From positions 1-64,000 of the IMG/VR virus record IMGVR_UViG_3300021400_001324: a stretch of DNA of 64,000 nucleotides. One strand, 5' to 3'. Source of the DNA: a virus (Duplodnaviria > Caudoviricetes). Positions 23,790 through 34,492 of the stretch are shown here, in pieces. Numbering within the stretch: the stretch's first letter is position 1; each line of letters begins with the position of its first letter. The notes beneath the pieces are model-generated. The model was not told where the DNA came from. It saw only the letters and a list, made by a program, of their open reading frames with translations, and made no database searches. A program made the translations under genes and the position numbers.

Positions 23790-24713
23790 TCAAAATTCTA
23801 TGGGTTTACGAGCATTTTTTCTTTTTTCTAGAATGATTGATTTTTTATAATCTTTAAGCATTCGTTCTACTTCATTTTTAAGATAAGGTACCTCATGTTC
23901 AGTAACACTACCATCATGAGCATAATGTATTAAATTTAACTTCCTGATTTTAAGTTTTGGATCTAATTTTTGTACCATCCAAGCATAAGTAGAAAGTTGC
24001 ATAGCATAATGCATCATATTACAATCCATTAAGTTGTTTAAAGGATATTTCATCATATCAAATTTCTTTAATTGAGGATTATAGTATGATTTTTCATCTA
24101 ACTTCTTGTTTGTCTTATAATCGTGGATTTCTACACAATTTCCATCTTTAATTAATAAATCCACTTGCCCAGCTATCTTTAAAATACCGTCATCAGATTG
24201 TCTAAAGATTAAATATTCTGGAAACACTCCGTTTTCAATATCTAATAAGCTTATTCCAGAATTTTCTAAAGTTTGATTTGTATTTACTAAAAATTTTCCT
24301 CCGATTCCAAACTTTTTTAAATCGGTTGTTTTTTTACTTGTGAACATGTTTTCTAAATCTGCGTGAATCTTAGTTCCACGTTCACAAGCTGTTTCGTTTT
24401 CTTTTTGCCAACCATCAAGAACTGCTTGTTGTTCTCGATTAAAATCGTTCTCAGTAATACCATACATATCAATATAGTATTTAAGTTCTATCTTTTTAGT
24501 ATCGAGCAACATCTTCTTTTCCATTTTAAAATCTTCTTTACTGAGCAATTTCTCTAAAGCTTTATACCCAGACCAGAACTCTTTGTCAAATGGTTGACAA
24601 TACTTTCCAATTAATGTTGTTACACTTATGTATTTACCATTATCATCCCAGTATAAATGTTCTTCATCATTATACTTTACATCACCATTTTGTTTATCAA
24701 TTTTCATAATCAT
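23790..24713 (-). CDS. PD-(D/E)XK (RecB/Cas4-like) nuclease
   Basis: ISVTTLI...RGTKIH...PEYLIF...IAGQVDLL...IHDYKTN...QLSTY; intact, no TAG. Confidence 0.8.
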   Translation of the reverse strand: MIMKIDKQNGDVKYNDEEHLYWDDNGKYISVTTLIGKYCQPFDKEFWSGYKALEKLLSKEDFKMEKKMLLDTKKIELKYYIDMYGITENDFNREQQAVLDGWQKENETACERGTKIHADLENMFTSKKTTDLKKFGIGGKFLVNTNQTLENSGISLLDIENGVFPEYLIFRQSDDGILKIAGQVDLLIKDGNCVEIHDYKTNKKLDEKSYYNPQLKKFDMMKYPLNNLMDCNMMHYAMQLSTYAWMVQKLDPKLKIRKLNLIHYAHDGSVTEHEVPYLKNEVERMLKDYKKSIILEKRKNARKPIEF

Positions 24714-25393
24714 TTAATTCCATGAACATAATTATAATCTAGTAGAACAGCTAAAGGCTATATATTTGGAGCTATAGCTTTTCTAATATTATCTAATGTT
24801 AATTCCGAAAGTTCTTGTTTATAAAGAACAACTAACATACCTACGGATCCATCCACTCCGATAATCGGATAAAAAACTGCTGAAGCTGCGTTACTTCGTT
24901 CTAATAAATAAGTAAACTTCGGATATTCTTCTCTAAATATCTATACGTTGTGCATCAATAAACACCTGCGCATTGTTATTTTTTGAATTTCTTCTCCATA
25001 ATTCATATAATCTAATTCCTTCCAGTAATCAATACAAGGACTAGATTCCTAAAAACTTTCACATAACCCTGTTAAATATCTATAAGATAATCCATGAGAA
25101 CTAGTTAAGGTGTTATGATAATTTAGTAATAGTACATTTGTAGCTTTTTCATCTTGAGTTAAAATATCTTCAAGGATGTCATGAACTCTAGGAGTTATTT
25201 CTATTGTATACTATTCTCGATCTTGTTTAGCTTTAGTCTCACGCTATATTTCTTGTCTAAACATATCCGCTATTCCATCTTTATTACATTGAAATAGGAC
25301 AACTCCCATTAAAAATATAATAAGGAAACGTAAAAAATCTGGAGATAGCTTTGTGAGCCACTCCCAAATAATTTTTAAATTTGATAAATTCAT
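24710..25393 (-). CDS. Membrane-anchored protein (holin/antiholin-like), 227 aa, many TAG
   Basis: N-terminal transmembrane helix followed by a soluble domain (VLLLNYHNT...FYPIIG...GMLVV). Confidence 0.5.
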
Positions 25394-25578
25394 TGTATCT
25401 TATTCTACATATTTAGCTATGTATTGTTTATAATTATTAAGTCGTGCTATTAATTTTATCAAAAGTTATTTATTGCACACTTATCTATTTGTTTATACAC
25501 AAAAATATTAATAATTTTATTGACTAACAAGTAAATAACGAAGAAGATAAATTTTATAAATCTAAACATATATAATCT

Positions 25579-25896
25579 ATGAACTTTTATAGTATAAACA
25601 CTTTTTAGCACATTCCGTATTTTAAAAACGGACATAAAATACATATAAAGAAAAGTAATCGTGGTAAGTTTACAGAATATTGTAATGGTAAGGTTACAGA
25701 CGAATGTATTTAGAGAGGAAAGAATAGTAAAGATCCAAAAATTAGGAAAAGAGCCACTTTTGCAGCAAACGCAAGACGCTGGTCTAAAAAAGATGGAGGA
25801 ACATTTAGTTTAAATATGCATTCTCCAGCTGTTTTCCCTGAAGTTACTTAGATGACCAATCATTGGTATGCAATAAAAAAGAAGTATGTTAAATGA
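25579..25896 (+). CDS. Small basic protein (IHIKKSNRGKFT motif), three TAG
   Basis: IHIKKSNRGKFTEYCNGKVTDECI(TAG)RGKNSKDPKIRKRATFAANARRW; ends in TGA. Confidence 0.65.
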
Positions 25897-26599
25897 TAAG
25901 TTAGTAAAATTCAATAACATAGAATCTTAGAATTTAAATTTCATTCTAAATCTCCCAGAGCAATTATTAGATAATACTTATATTAATCCTTATTCAAACG
26001 TGAGTCTACAAATACCTGATGGACTTGGATTTCTTGATACAGTGTTAAAACAAGAAGACTTTGATGTTAGTGAAGAATAGAATGTTAAAAATGAGTCTCC
26101 AATAAACAACATAAAGAAAAACGTAAAAAAGTATGTTAAAAATTGGTTAATGAAAAATCAAGGATTATCTAATGAACAAGCATCTGCACTAACTGGAGTA
26201 TGGTGGGCTGAATCTCATCTTAATCCTGGAATTCACGAAGTTGGTAAAGAGAATAATCCTTATGCTGGAAAAGGTATTGCACAATGGACAGGTAGATAGA
26301 GATAGAAACATGCAGAAGATATATATAAACAAATATATGGTAAATCTAAGTCTATAAAGGAAATGTCTTTAGATGAACAATTAAACGTTGCTATTACTGA
26401 ATTTAAAGAACGTGGTACTTGGCAACAATTCTTAAATGCTAAAGATATTAAAACAGCAACTGATGTCGTATGGAGAGGTTATGAAAATGGGTACAACACC
26501 TTAGCTTCTCATGAATCAATGAAGAAAACTTATGGTAAAAATTATAATAAGCAATGGACTGATAGATTTAGATTTGCTCAAGAAATAAGTAGAATATAA
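25886..26599 (+). CDS. Phage tail-lysozyme domain protein, 237 aa, TAG read-through
   Basis: ALTGVWWAESHLNP...GKGIAQWTGR(TAG)R(TAG); in frame with fragment 26363..26599. Confidence 0.75.
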
Positions 26600-27267
26600 T
26601 GGAATACGTAAGTTATAAACATGTAGAACCGATAACGTTATCAAAATTTGAATTAGAAAGATTCTATAATCAACCTAGATTAGATTATACAGATATATAT
26701 AATCCTGACTACGGAACTAAGATTTAGAATGATAGTTTATATGACAATTTATTAGAAACAACTCCAACTAATAATCCAACAGTATAGCAATCTACACTTT
26801 TAAGTTCCATACAAAATCATTTAGGTGAAGTTTATAACAACGCAAAACGTTTAAAATCTGGATACTCAGATTGTTCTGGTTTTGTAAATAAAGTATTTAA
26901 AGATATGGGTATAGATTTAGGAGGTGCATCTTCAATCTACATGTATAATAAATTAACAGATCACATTAACTATGATCAAGTACAACCTGGTGATTTAGTT
27001 TTTCTTACTCCTAAACAAACACATAGTGTTGCTGGAACAAAAAGACGTGCTGGTATAGATTCTTCTCATGTTGCAATCGTGGTTGAGAAACAAGGAACGC
27101 GTATTAAAGTTGCAGAGAATACAGGTTATAAAGGAAGATCTGATTTTTCTTGGTACGAACTTGGTGGAGCTGATAAACCAAGCGGTAATGGAGTAATTAA
27201 CTATTCAAAAGGAAACAAAGGTAAAAATAAAAACGAACTTTTAGGATTTGGTAGAATTCGAGTATAA
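26599..27267 (+). CDS. NlpC/P60 peptidoglycan endopeptidase, 222 aa, two TAG
   Basis: YSDCSGFVNKVF...QPGDLVF...SHVAIV; TAG at 26725 and 26785. Confidence 0.85.
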
Positions 27268-27308
27268 AAAATCCCGAGCCTAGGATAAAACCTAAGTTCG
27301 GGATTTTT
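27268..27308. terminator. Bidirectional terminator between convergent genes
   Basis: aaaaatcccgagcctagg-ataaaa-cctaagttcgggattttt. Confidence 0.75.
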
Positions 27309-27312
27309 AGTT

Positions 27313-27513
27313 TTATATGATTTGTTCTTCTAACTCATTAATTCTATCTCTTAAAGCTTGTCTCTCAGCTTTTATATCTGCGTAATCTTCTTCACTTATC
27401 CAACCTTCAGCATACTTAATAGCTTTATAATCGGATTCAAATAGCTGCCTTTTTAAATTATCAATTTCTGAAAATCTTTGTTGTTCAGCTATTTCTTCAT
27501 CTGTAAGCTGCAT
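27313..27513 (-). CDS. Tail-fibre assembly chaperone-like protein (possibly truncated paralog)
   Basis: QLFESDYKAIKYAEG...RQALRDRINELE, similar to 27566..28012. Confidence 0.6.
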   Translation of the reverse strand: MQLTDEEIAEQQRFSEIDNLKRQLFESDYKAIKYAEGWISEEDYADIKAERQALRDRINELEEQII

Positions 27514-27565
27514 CCATCGCCAGCAGGCGGCTCATGTCAATCAACGTCTGTGTCATTTCTATTGC

Positions 27566-28012
27566 TTATGCGTCATAGTCATAGTCCTCGGGCAGTAGCC
27601 CATCATTTCCCTCTATAGACTCATCCTTAATTACATTGCCTCCGGGATGAGCCTCATTATACTCTTCATTAGTCATCTGCTCCAGCGCGTTAATCTGGTC
27701 ACGCAACGCCTGCCGCTCACGGTGCAGCTCCGCCACATCGTAGGGCGCGGCCTCACCCACGGCGGCGCACTCAGCCACCTTGATGACCTTGTAGTCCGTC
27801 TCGGCAAGCTGCATCTTGAGCGACTCGATGCTCGCCATGCGCTCCTGCTCGGCCATGTCGCTCTCACTGGGCTGCGGAGGTGTCCACGGTAGATACCCTG
27901 CCTCTGCATACATCGCCTCGGTGGGGTTAATCACCTGCCGACCGTCCTCCAACGTCAGCACCTTTGGGGCATAATCGCCCCGCTCGTTCTTGTAGTTGTA
28001 GTTGTATTTCAT
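27566..28012 (-). CDS. Tail-fibre assembly chaperone-like protein (GC-rich cassette)
   Basis: QLAETDYKVIKVAEC...YDVAELHRERQALRDQINALE. Confidence 0.7.
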   Translation of the reverse strand: MKYNYNYKNERGDYAPKVLTLEDGRQVINPTEAMYAEAGYLPWTPPQPSESDMAEQERMASIESLKMQLAETDYKVIKVAECAAVGEAAPYDVAELHRERQALRDQINALEQMTNEEYNEAHPGGNVIKDESIEGNDGLLPEDYDYDA

Positions 28013-28014
28013 AA

Positions 28015-28545
28015 TTATAGATTATCTCTATTATCCCAATCACTTGAATCAAAAATTGTTACAGTACTATATTGGCCCCATTTTGCCTCATAGGCAGCCC
28101 TTATATTGGGTTCTACAAAGAACCGAAAGTTTGACTGCACTGACATGACACTTGGTATACTTTGCACTACATTGTCGCCCTCGACCAAAATGTTGGCTTT
28201 TCTCACACGATACCAGTGTATCTCACTGTTGCCAAATTTTGTGATATTAGGCGGCAATATGACATCCAGCCTTTCAGCATATCCCCATGCCGAGCTGACG
28301 GCAAACGTGTCAATGCTTGTGAAAAATCGCAAAGCCGTAAAGTCAAGGTTTGCGCCTATAAAATCTCCATTAGTCCTAAGATACAGTACCCCCGTCAAGG
28401 CCTCGGCCTCGCTCTTGAGCATGTAGTCTGCCCTTGTGGAGTATCCTCTATCATATAGGACTTTCATGATTATCGGGCTGCTTTCGCTCGTAATGATTTT
28501 CGGGTCATTTATTATCATCGCTCTTCTTCTCAACATCTCATTCAT
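28015..28545 (-). CDS. Tail-fibre-associated protein (GC-rich cassette)
   Basis: MNEMLRRRAM...KSEAEAL...FTALRFFTSI...LPPNITKF, resembling the BspA-type module in 28616..30484. Confidence 0.6.
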   Translation of the reverse strand: MNEMLRRRAMIINDPKIITSESSPIIMKVLYDRGYSTRADYMLKSEAEALTGVLYLRTNGDFIGANLDFTALRFFTSIDTFAVSSAWGYAERLDVILPPNITKFGNSEIHWYRVRKANILVEGDNVVQSIPSVMSVQSNFRFFVEPNIRAAYEAKWGQYSTVTIFDSSDWDNRDNL

Positions 28546-28615
28546 ACAACACTCCTTTCTAGGATATACAATTTACTGTTGTTATTTTTATAGTTGTAAT
28601 TGTATTTCATAAATA

Positions 28616-30484
28616 TCATGAGTAAGTTTCGTTAAACTCGCTTTCTGGTTTTATTCTATCTGCTATATCAACCCACCCTGTTGCAGTTTTGTAACTTTCC
28701 AACAATGCGTCTGGAACATAGATGTCACAGGTGATGTTGGCTAGATTGGCGTTCCATGTCGTCACAACGCTTGTGTTGGTGAGGTGCAGCTTCTGCAAGT
28801 TTGTCATGCCTGAAATGTTGTTATTCAATGTCTTTACCGCTGTATGTATGGTAAGCACCTTTAAGTTTGTCAAGCGGGCAAAGTTAAAAGAAGTCGAGTT
28901 AAAGCTCAGCTTTGTCATTGAGGCCACCCGCAAATTTGGGACACCACGATAGAACAAATATGCGCCATCATAATACCTATCAGTCGTCCTGCCACCATCC
29001 ATGCGGAACTCCACGAGGTTAGGCATATTGAGAAAATTTCCTCCGGAAGAACTAGTTGCACCATAAAATACGTCTGTCACCCATTCGGGTATCACAAGCC
29101 TTGTAATGTTGGGCATCTGACCAATTGCGCCTGCAGCAATCTTTGTACATGTTTGCGGTATAACTACTTCGGTAGCAGTTCTGTTATACCAGTACAGAAT
29201 TGAGCCGTCTTTGCTCCATATGCTGCCATTCTCCATCTTGTAATAATCATTTTCACTTACTACATTACCAGATTCGTCTATAAGTTCCATTACATAGTCT
29301 TTGACAGGCAAAGATTTGTCTGTATATTGCATGTCAGTAAATGCCGCACGGTTATTAACTTGAATACCAACATCCATAAAAGGCCACCATCCATTATCTC
29401 CCTCGACTATATATCCTCCTATCTGCACGCGGTCAAGGATGTTAAATTTGAATGAGTTACCCCCATTAGCATTAGTGTATCCTACGAGTGTTGTGTTGCC
29501 AAATAGCCTGAGTAGTTTGAACCGCACAGCATTTGTATTATATCCATTATAGCTATAAGACGCATTAGCAGAGCTAATGCGAGCATTTATAAATGTCACT
29601 CTAGCAATTTCACATTGATGCCCATTTGAGCCACCAAATTGGGCGCCACTAAAATTATACCCAGGTGGGTAAGTCACAACTCTCTCGGGCATATATGATA
29701 TTGGATAATTCACATTGTCCCTGTCTTTTACATTGACAAAGTACCTTAGGTCATCTAGATTGGGTATGTTTTTGGCATCGAAGGCGTTGAAAAGTTGCGA
29801 CATTCCAGTCACAGCCTCGCACTCGGCTTGTGTTATTCCGTACTTTGATTCACAAAGGCCCTTTTTGTAGAGATGTGCTACGAATGGTGCGTTGTTTCTT
29901 CTGTCTATTATATATTTTGACCAGTCAATGTAGCTTACTTGCCTCCTCCTTAACATCGAGTTTACACTCACACCCAATACATCAGTCAAGTAGGCTGCAT
30001 CATACACCATCACCTCCATCGTCAGTGTACCCTTGAATTTCCTGCCACGGAAGTCGCCGTTCTTCCACGTGTCACCTATGGTCAACGGGCCTGTGTAGGT
30101 GATGGCACTGATATTAGCCGTAAACACATCCCCATTGGGTGCAGTGTAGGTCAGTGTGTTGCCATCTTTCTCTACCACAACATGGTAGTTGCCACCTGTG
30201 TAGTTCTTTTTGCCCATGTTTGGATTGCATTGGAACTGCATGTTCAGCGAGTTGGCGCCATTGATTCTGAAATTCATCCCGTGCCACGGAGAGCCACTCT
30301 CGTCTTGGCATGCAAATGCAGTTGCGAGGTCTGCATTTCCTGCCGCTGGAACAATGTCTGCCGTTATCTTCCAGTGGTCTGATTGCCACAGGAGCAATCC
30401 TGTGTTTATCGCAAAGGTGCCGTCAAGCGCAAGGTCTGTGCAATGCCATGCCGGTATATACTCTGCCATAATCAATCCCAACAA
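28616..30484 (-). CDS. Receptor-binding/tail protein with lectin-like N-terminal domain and BspA-type leucine-rich repeats, 622 aa
   Basis: Intact and TAG-free; VVIPQTCTKIAAGAI, LVIPEWVTDV, CDIYVPDALLESYKTATGW motifs. Confidence 0.75.
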   Translation of the reverse strand: MLGLIMAEYIPAWHCTDLALDGTFAINTGLLLWQSDHWKITADIVPAAGNADLATAFACQDESGSPWHGMNFRINGANSLNMQFQCNPNMGKKNYTGGNYHVVVEKDGNTLTYTAPNGDVFTANISAITYTGPLTIGDTWKNGDFRGRKFKGTLTMEVMVYDAAYLTDVLGVSVNSMLRRRQVSYIDWSKYIIDRRNNAPFVAHLYKKGLCESKYGITQAECEAVTGMSQLFNAFDAKNIPNLDDLRYFVNVKDRDNVNYPISYMPERVVTYPPGYNFSGAQFGGSNGHQCEIARVTFINARISSANASYSYNGYNTNAVRFKLLRLFGNTTLVGYTNANGGNSFKFNILDRVQIGGYIVEGDNGWWPFMDVGIQVNNRAAFTDMQYTDKSLPVKDYVMELIDESGNVVSENDYYKMENGSIWSKDGSILYWYNRTATEVVIPQTCTKIAAGAIGQMPNITRLVIPEWVTDVFYGATSSSGGNFLNMPNLVEFRMDGGRTTDRYYDGAYLFYRGVPNLRVASMTKLSFNSTSFNFARLTNLKVLTIHTAVKTLNNNISGMTNLQKLHLTNTSVVTTWNANLANITCDIYVPDALLESYKTATGWVDIADRIKPESEFNETYS

Positions 30485-31569
30485 TTATACGTTAAACAAC
30501 CAGCGTAGTCTATAACACACTCAAACCGCCTCCCAGTGGCCATCTCCATCTCCATGTCCACAGGCAGCTTAATACCGCTAGGCAGCGTCAGTGTAGTAGA
30601 ATCACTTACACATGTAAACGCAAACTTATAGAGGTCATAGTTCGTCATAGTTCCACCACTCAACGTGACCGTCAGCGCACTCACCGTACCAAAGTCACGG
30701 TATTCGTTAACCGTCAGCGCACCACTGGCCGTATTGGTGATGGGCGACACATCTTGTTTGCCTTGCAATGCCGTGTATACTCCACCGCTAGTCACCAACT
30801 TATCACTGCTATCTACAGGTACATTGTCTAACTCTGATAATGTAGATTTATGAACATAAATGGCATTCTGTGCAAAGACTGACACTACAGCATAACCGTT
30901 ACTTTGAAAGTAAGGGTAAACCGATTCAGGCCCAATTAACACAACACCATCACTAAGTTCATCATCGTCGTTATTATAAGTTAAATAACCAACGTGCAAT
31001 CTACTAATGATATAATCATTTTTAATCAGCCCTATTGTAAAGCTTGTGTTTCGCTGCAATGCAGCTAGGACATCAGCAGGAGAAATAGGGTTGGTTATAT
31101 TCATATCTACGGCACGGTAGAAAGTCACTCTGTTGTTATTGCCAACCACTCCAACAATGGCATTATTCATATTAAGACCCATTAGGACAAGATCAACACC
31201 ATTAAAATATTGTGCTAACCCATCGCTAGTAACAGGATTGCTGGAACCATAAGTCGGAGCAGAGTCAAACGTAAGTTTGTCCTATTTATCACCAAGAGCT
31301 ATGTTTAACTCAGGATTGGTTACATAATCTAAATATTCTTCTTTATTTACAGTGCCTAATGACTCCCAGGTATCATTATTCCAGATAAACTATTCATAGA
31401 CGTTTGGGTCTGCAATGCTAGGCATTAAATAAAGATAACCTTCTTTTCCATACTCGGGAAGTTGTTCTACTACAACTTTCTAAGATATGGATTTAAGTAT
31501 TGCATCTGTTTCTTCTTTAGTATAAAAACATTTAGGATGTTTTAATTCTTTTAATTCTTCTAACGTCAT
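30472..31569 (-). CDS. Chimeric tail-fibre protein, 365 aa (N-terminus with three TAG, C-terminus TAG-free and GC-rich)
   Basis: MTLEELKELKHP...VVEQLPEYGKEGYLYLMP...K(TAG)DKLTFDSAPTYGSSNPVTSDG joins fragment 30472..31182 in frame. Confidence 0.7.
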
Positions 31570-31718
31570 GCAAAGTCAAAAGCTATAGTTACTTTTCTAT
31601 TATCTATTTCCTCATTTACGGAATCCCATTCAGAATTAAACACTAGGGCATATCCTTCTACTAGCCTAGATTCTGGTGATAGTCTTAACTCTAAACTGTT
31701 GTTTCTTACTTCTTTCAT
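31566..31718 (-). pseudogene. 50-aa fragment resembling the N-terminus of an HK97-type prohead protease
   Basis: MKEVRNNSLELRLSPESRLVEGYALVFNSEW then TGA; no catalytic region. Confidence 0.5.
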
Positions 31719-32248
31719 CAATCTGTATAATAAAAAATAATGTTGTTTAAGAATTTGTCTATCAGTTCTTCTGATTCATCATCATCACAGTCAAATGAAA
31801 ATTCAGATGATGCTTGTAGGCATTCAATCAGACTCTCTGTTTTAAATGGTACATCAGGACTAAAATTTTCTATTGTTTCTTCACTAAATTGATTTTCTTC
31901 TGCTGATATTCCATAATTAAAAACTTTCTCAAAGTACTTAAAAATATCTGGTACAACTACTGGTGTTGTACTTGCTATTGAGCCACCTATATTTTTATTG
32001 GTAAATACTTTGTAAACCCCATCTTGTTCAAAAAACTGTAGTGTCCACAATGATGTAGATAGATAAAGATTGCCAACATTATTTATATTAGGGTCATTAA
32101 AATCAATTTCAAATGGTTGTACTTTAATATATCTGATATTTGCGTTTGTCATTGTATTAGCATCAAAATCTTTGGCTGATATAGACTTCCAACCGTGTAC
32201 CGCACAATTAATTAAATCGTAATCTAAATTTGTATATTTAAGTTTCAT
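31718..32248 (-). CDS. Hypothetical protein, MxLxYxLIN family
   Basis: MKLKYTNLDYDLINC...; intact, ends in TGA. Confidence 0.6.
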   Translation of the reverse strand: MKLKYTNLDYDLINCAVHGWKSISAKDFDANTMTNANIRYIKVQPFEIDFNDPNINNVGNLYLSTSLWTLQFFEQDGVYKVFTNKNIGGSIASTTPVVVPDIFKYFEKVFNYGISAEENQFSEETIENFSPDVPFKTESLIECLQASSEFSFDCDDDESEELIDKFLNNIIFYYTD

Positions 32249-32304
32249 AGTTTAGCATTATAGTTAAAATAGTTATATAATGGATAATATCCGTACCCTC
32301 ATAA

Positions 32305-32904
32305 TTAATTGCCTTCCTCTGTTTTAATTGGTATTACTTCATCTAAAACAAATTTCTCTGTTTTTAAATCGTATTTAAAACAGTATGCTTTCATTGCTTC
32401 AAATGGCATTTCAATAACATTGCAACTAACGCCTTCATCGTTATTATAAAAAGTAATAGCCATACTATTACAAGGTTGTAGAGCATAGAATATAACCCAA
32501 GGATACCATCCCAAAGACGAAGCAATGTTGGTTTGATAATTCTCAATGTCTTCAGCAAAATCCATATCTTTTGCTCTCGGATATATTTTTTTACAAAAAT
32601 CATAAACATTACCATTATCACAAGACGATATCCTTAGAACAACATTAGCAAAACCCCAAAACTATACGTCAAAATTTTTGGTTTGTAAGTCTGAACTATT
32701 ATAATAAATTATACCCCTCTTTATCTCTTCTTTTTTATTCTCATAATCCAAGAATTGAAGATTAATTACTTGTGGGTTATCTTTAGTTGCGGCATACCAA
32801 TTTGTATTTTCAGGACAATCTTCTATTACTGTAACTGTTGGCTTGTTATGTGAATCTGAATTATTCTTGTTAACTGAATTAATTAAATTATAATCAAGTT
32901 TCAT
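32305..32904 (-). CDS. Hypothetical protein, MxLxYxLIN family, one TAG
   Basis: TAG at 32662-32664 joins fragments 32662..32904 and 32305..32565. Confidence 0.6.
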
Positions 32905-33650
32905 TCGTAATGTGTATAATATGGAAATTCTGGTTGTATTATCTAATATTCATTTTCAGGATTAAACACTAAAGGTAAAAACGGCTAGTTTTTAGAATAT
33001 CCTAAATTTGTGAGATCTTCTGATTCTATATTGTTGTTTGCATAATAAGGTATGAACCAACAATGTTTATCACCCTCTATACGATGAAGTATCATTGGAA
33101 ACATTTCCTCGTGGATTAAACATTCTTTAATATGCTATTTAAAATAGTTAATAAATTCTTCCGATTCATAACTATCAAAATCAGGATGTTGGTATTCGGT
33201 ATGTTCTGGAGTAAGTAATACTGGATCATTCACAAATAAACGTATACCTCCTACGTCTGGATCTTCAATTGCACTTACTATAATCTTTCCTATGTACTCG
33301 TCTCCAAAATCAAGATATATTGTATAAGAGTGTGCTTCCGAATTTAATTCAATGTGGTTAATGGGTATTATTAGTTGCAAACCAAAACCATCTTCAAAAA
33401 AAACAAATCCAAGCGGATAATCGTTTACATTATAAGATTTGTTACACTCTGAGAGAACACGTTCTATCGTATCGTTAATCCCGAACGTGAACTCTTTAGC
33501 ATAAGGATATGCCACAAAACTTCTAACTTTAGTTGGAGTTGCAATAGGACGCCCTTCTAAATCTGAAAAATACTCGTCTAAAATAGTAGCCGCTTCTTCC
33601 TTTTTATTAGAACTAGTAATCGTATTAATTAAACTATAATCAAGTTTCAT
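32901..33650 (-). CDS. Hypothetical protein, MxLxYxLIN family, three TAG
   Basis: Read-through from TAG at 33135 to TGA at 32901. Confidence 0.6.
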
Positions 33651-33834
33651 TGTATATTATTTTCTAATTTTTAGATGTCATATCTTCTAAATGCTTTTTC
33701 TTAGGAGTTAATAAAATTCCATCTTCCTAGGCATCAGATTCGACTATACAGTCTATAATCTTTAACATTGTATCAAGTTGGTACCTCGGAAACTCCTGAT
33801 GAAGCTTCTTCAGTGTTGCTATTTTGTCTAACAT
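33640..33834 (-). CDS. Small conserved protein (LKKLHQEFPRYQLDTMLKIIDCI), two TAG
   Basis: ATG 33834 to TGA 33640, in frame. Confidence 0.5.
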
Positions 33835-34015
33835 TTTCATTCAATTTATTAGTTAACTCTTTTATCTAAGAATTTAAAGTATCTATTTGCTATAAAGCGT
33901 TATTATATTGATTTTGTAAGTAATCAATTTTCTCCTACGCCTAATTTAAAGAAAGCTCTAGTTGACTTTCAACATCAGCTAGAGCCATTCGCACTTTACG
34001 TAATTCTATTATCAT
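33773..34015 (-). CDS. Small coiled-coil protein, 80 aa, four TAG
   Basis: MIIELRKVRMALADVESQLELSLN(TAG)A(TAG)EKIDYL... Confidence 0.5.
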
Positions 34016-34138
34016 AAATTCATTTTCGCTTGAAATCTTTCTTTATATTCTAATGGATCTGTTATTTTAGAATTATAAACATGTCCAGGTTTAATGCTGT
34101 CATAAGGGTGTATAACAGGCATTACAGAAAGCTTTTCA

Positions 34139-34366
34139 TTAATCTGTTTCAATTGCTCCAATATTTCTTGCAGTATATTCATTTTCATCCATCATTGTTA
34201 TACAAGTATTTAAATCTTCATTTGCTATTTTTCTTTGTACCAATTCTATCGTTTCATTAATCCGAGTTTGGAATAACTCTAGAATCATTAACATATCTTC
34301 CCAAGTTAAATCAGAAATATCTGATAAAACGTCATATTTCATACAAGTTATAAGCAGATCTTTCAT
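34139..34366 (-). CDS. Hypothetical protein
   Basis: Intact 75-aa ORF, no TAG. Confidence 0.5.
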   Translation of the reverse strand: MKDLLITCMKYDVLSDISDLTWEDMLMILELFQTRINETIELVQRKIANEDLNTCITMMDENEYTARNIGAIETD

Positions 34367-34492
34367 CCTCTTATCGATATTTCATTAAGTGTATCAAGCC
34401 ACGATAGGACTTCTTGTTCATCTTGTAATTCATTTTCTTCAATTATATCCCACACTTTGTTTGCAAGATATATAACAGTATCCATCAAGATT

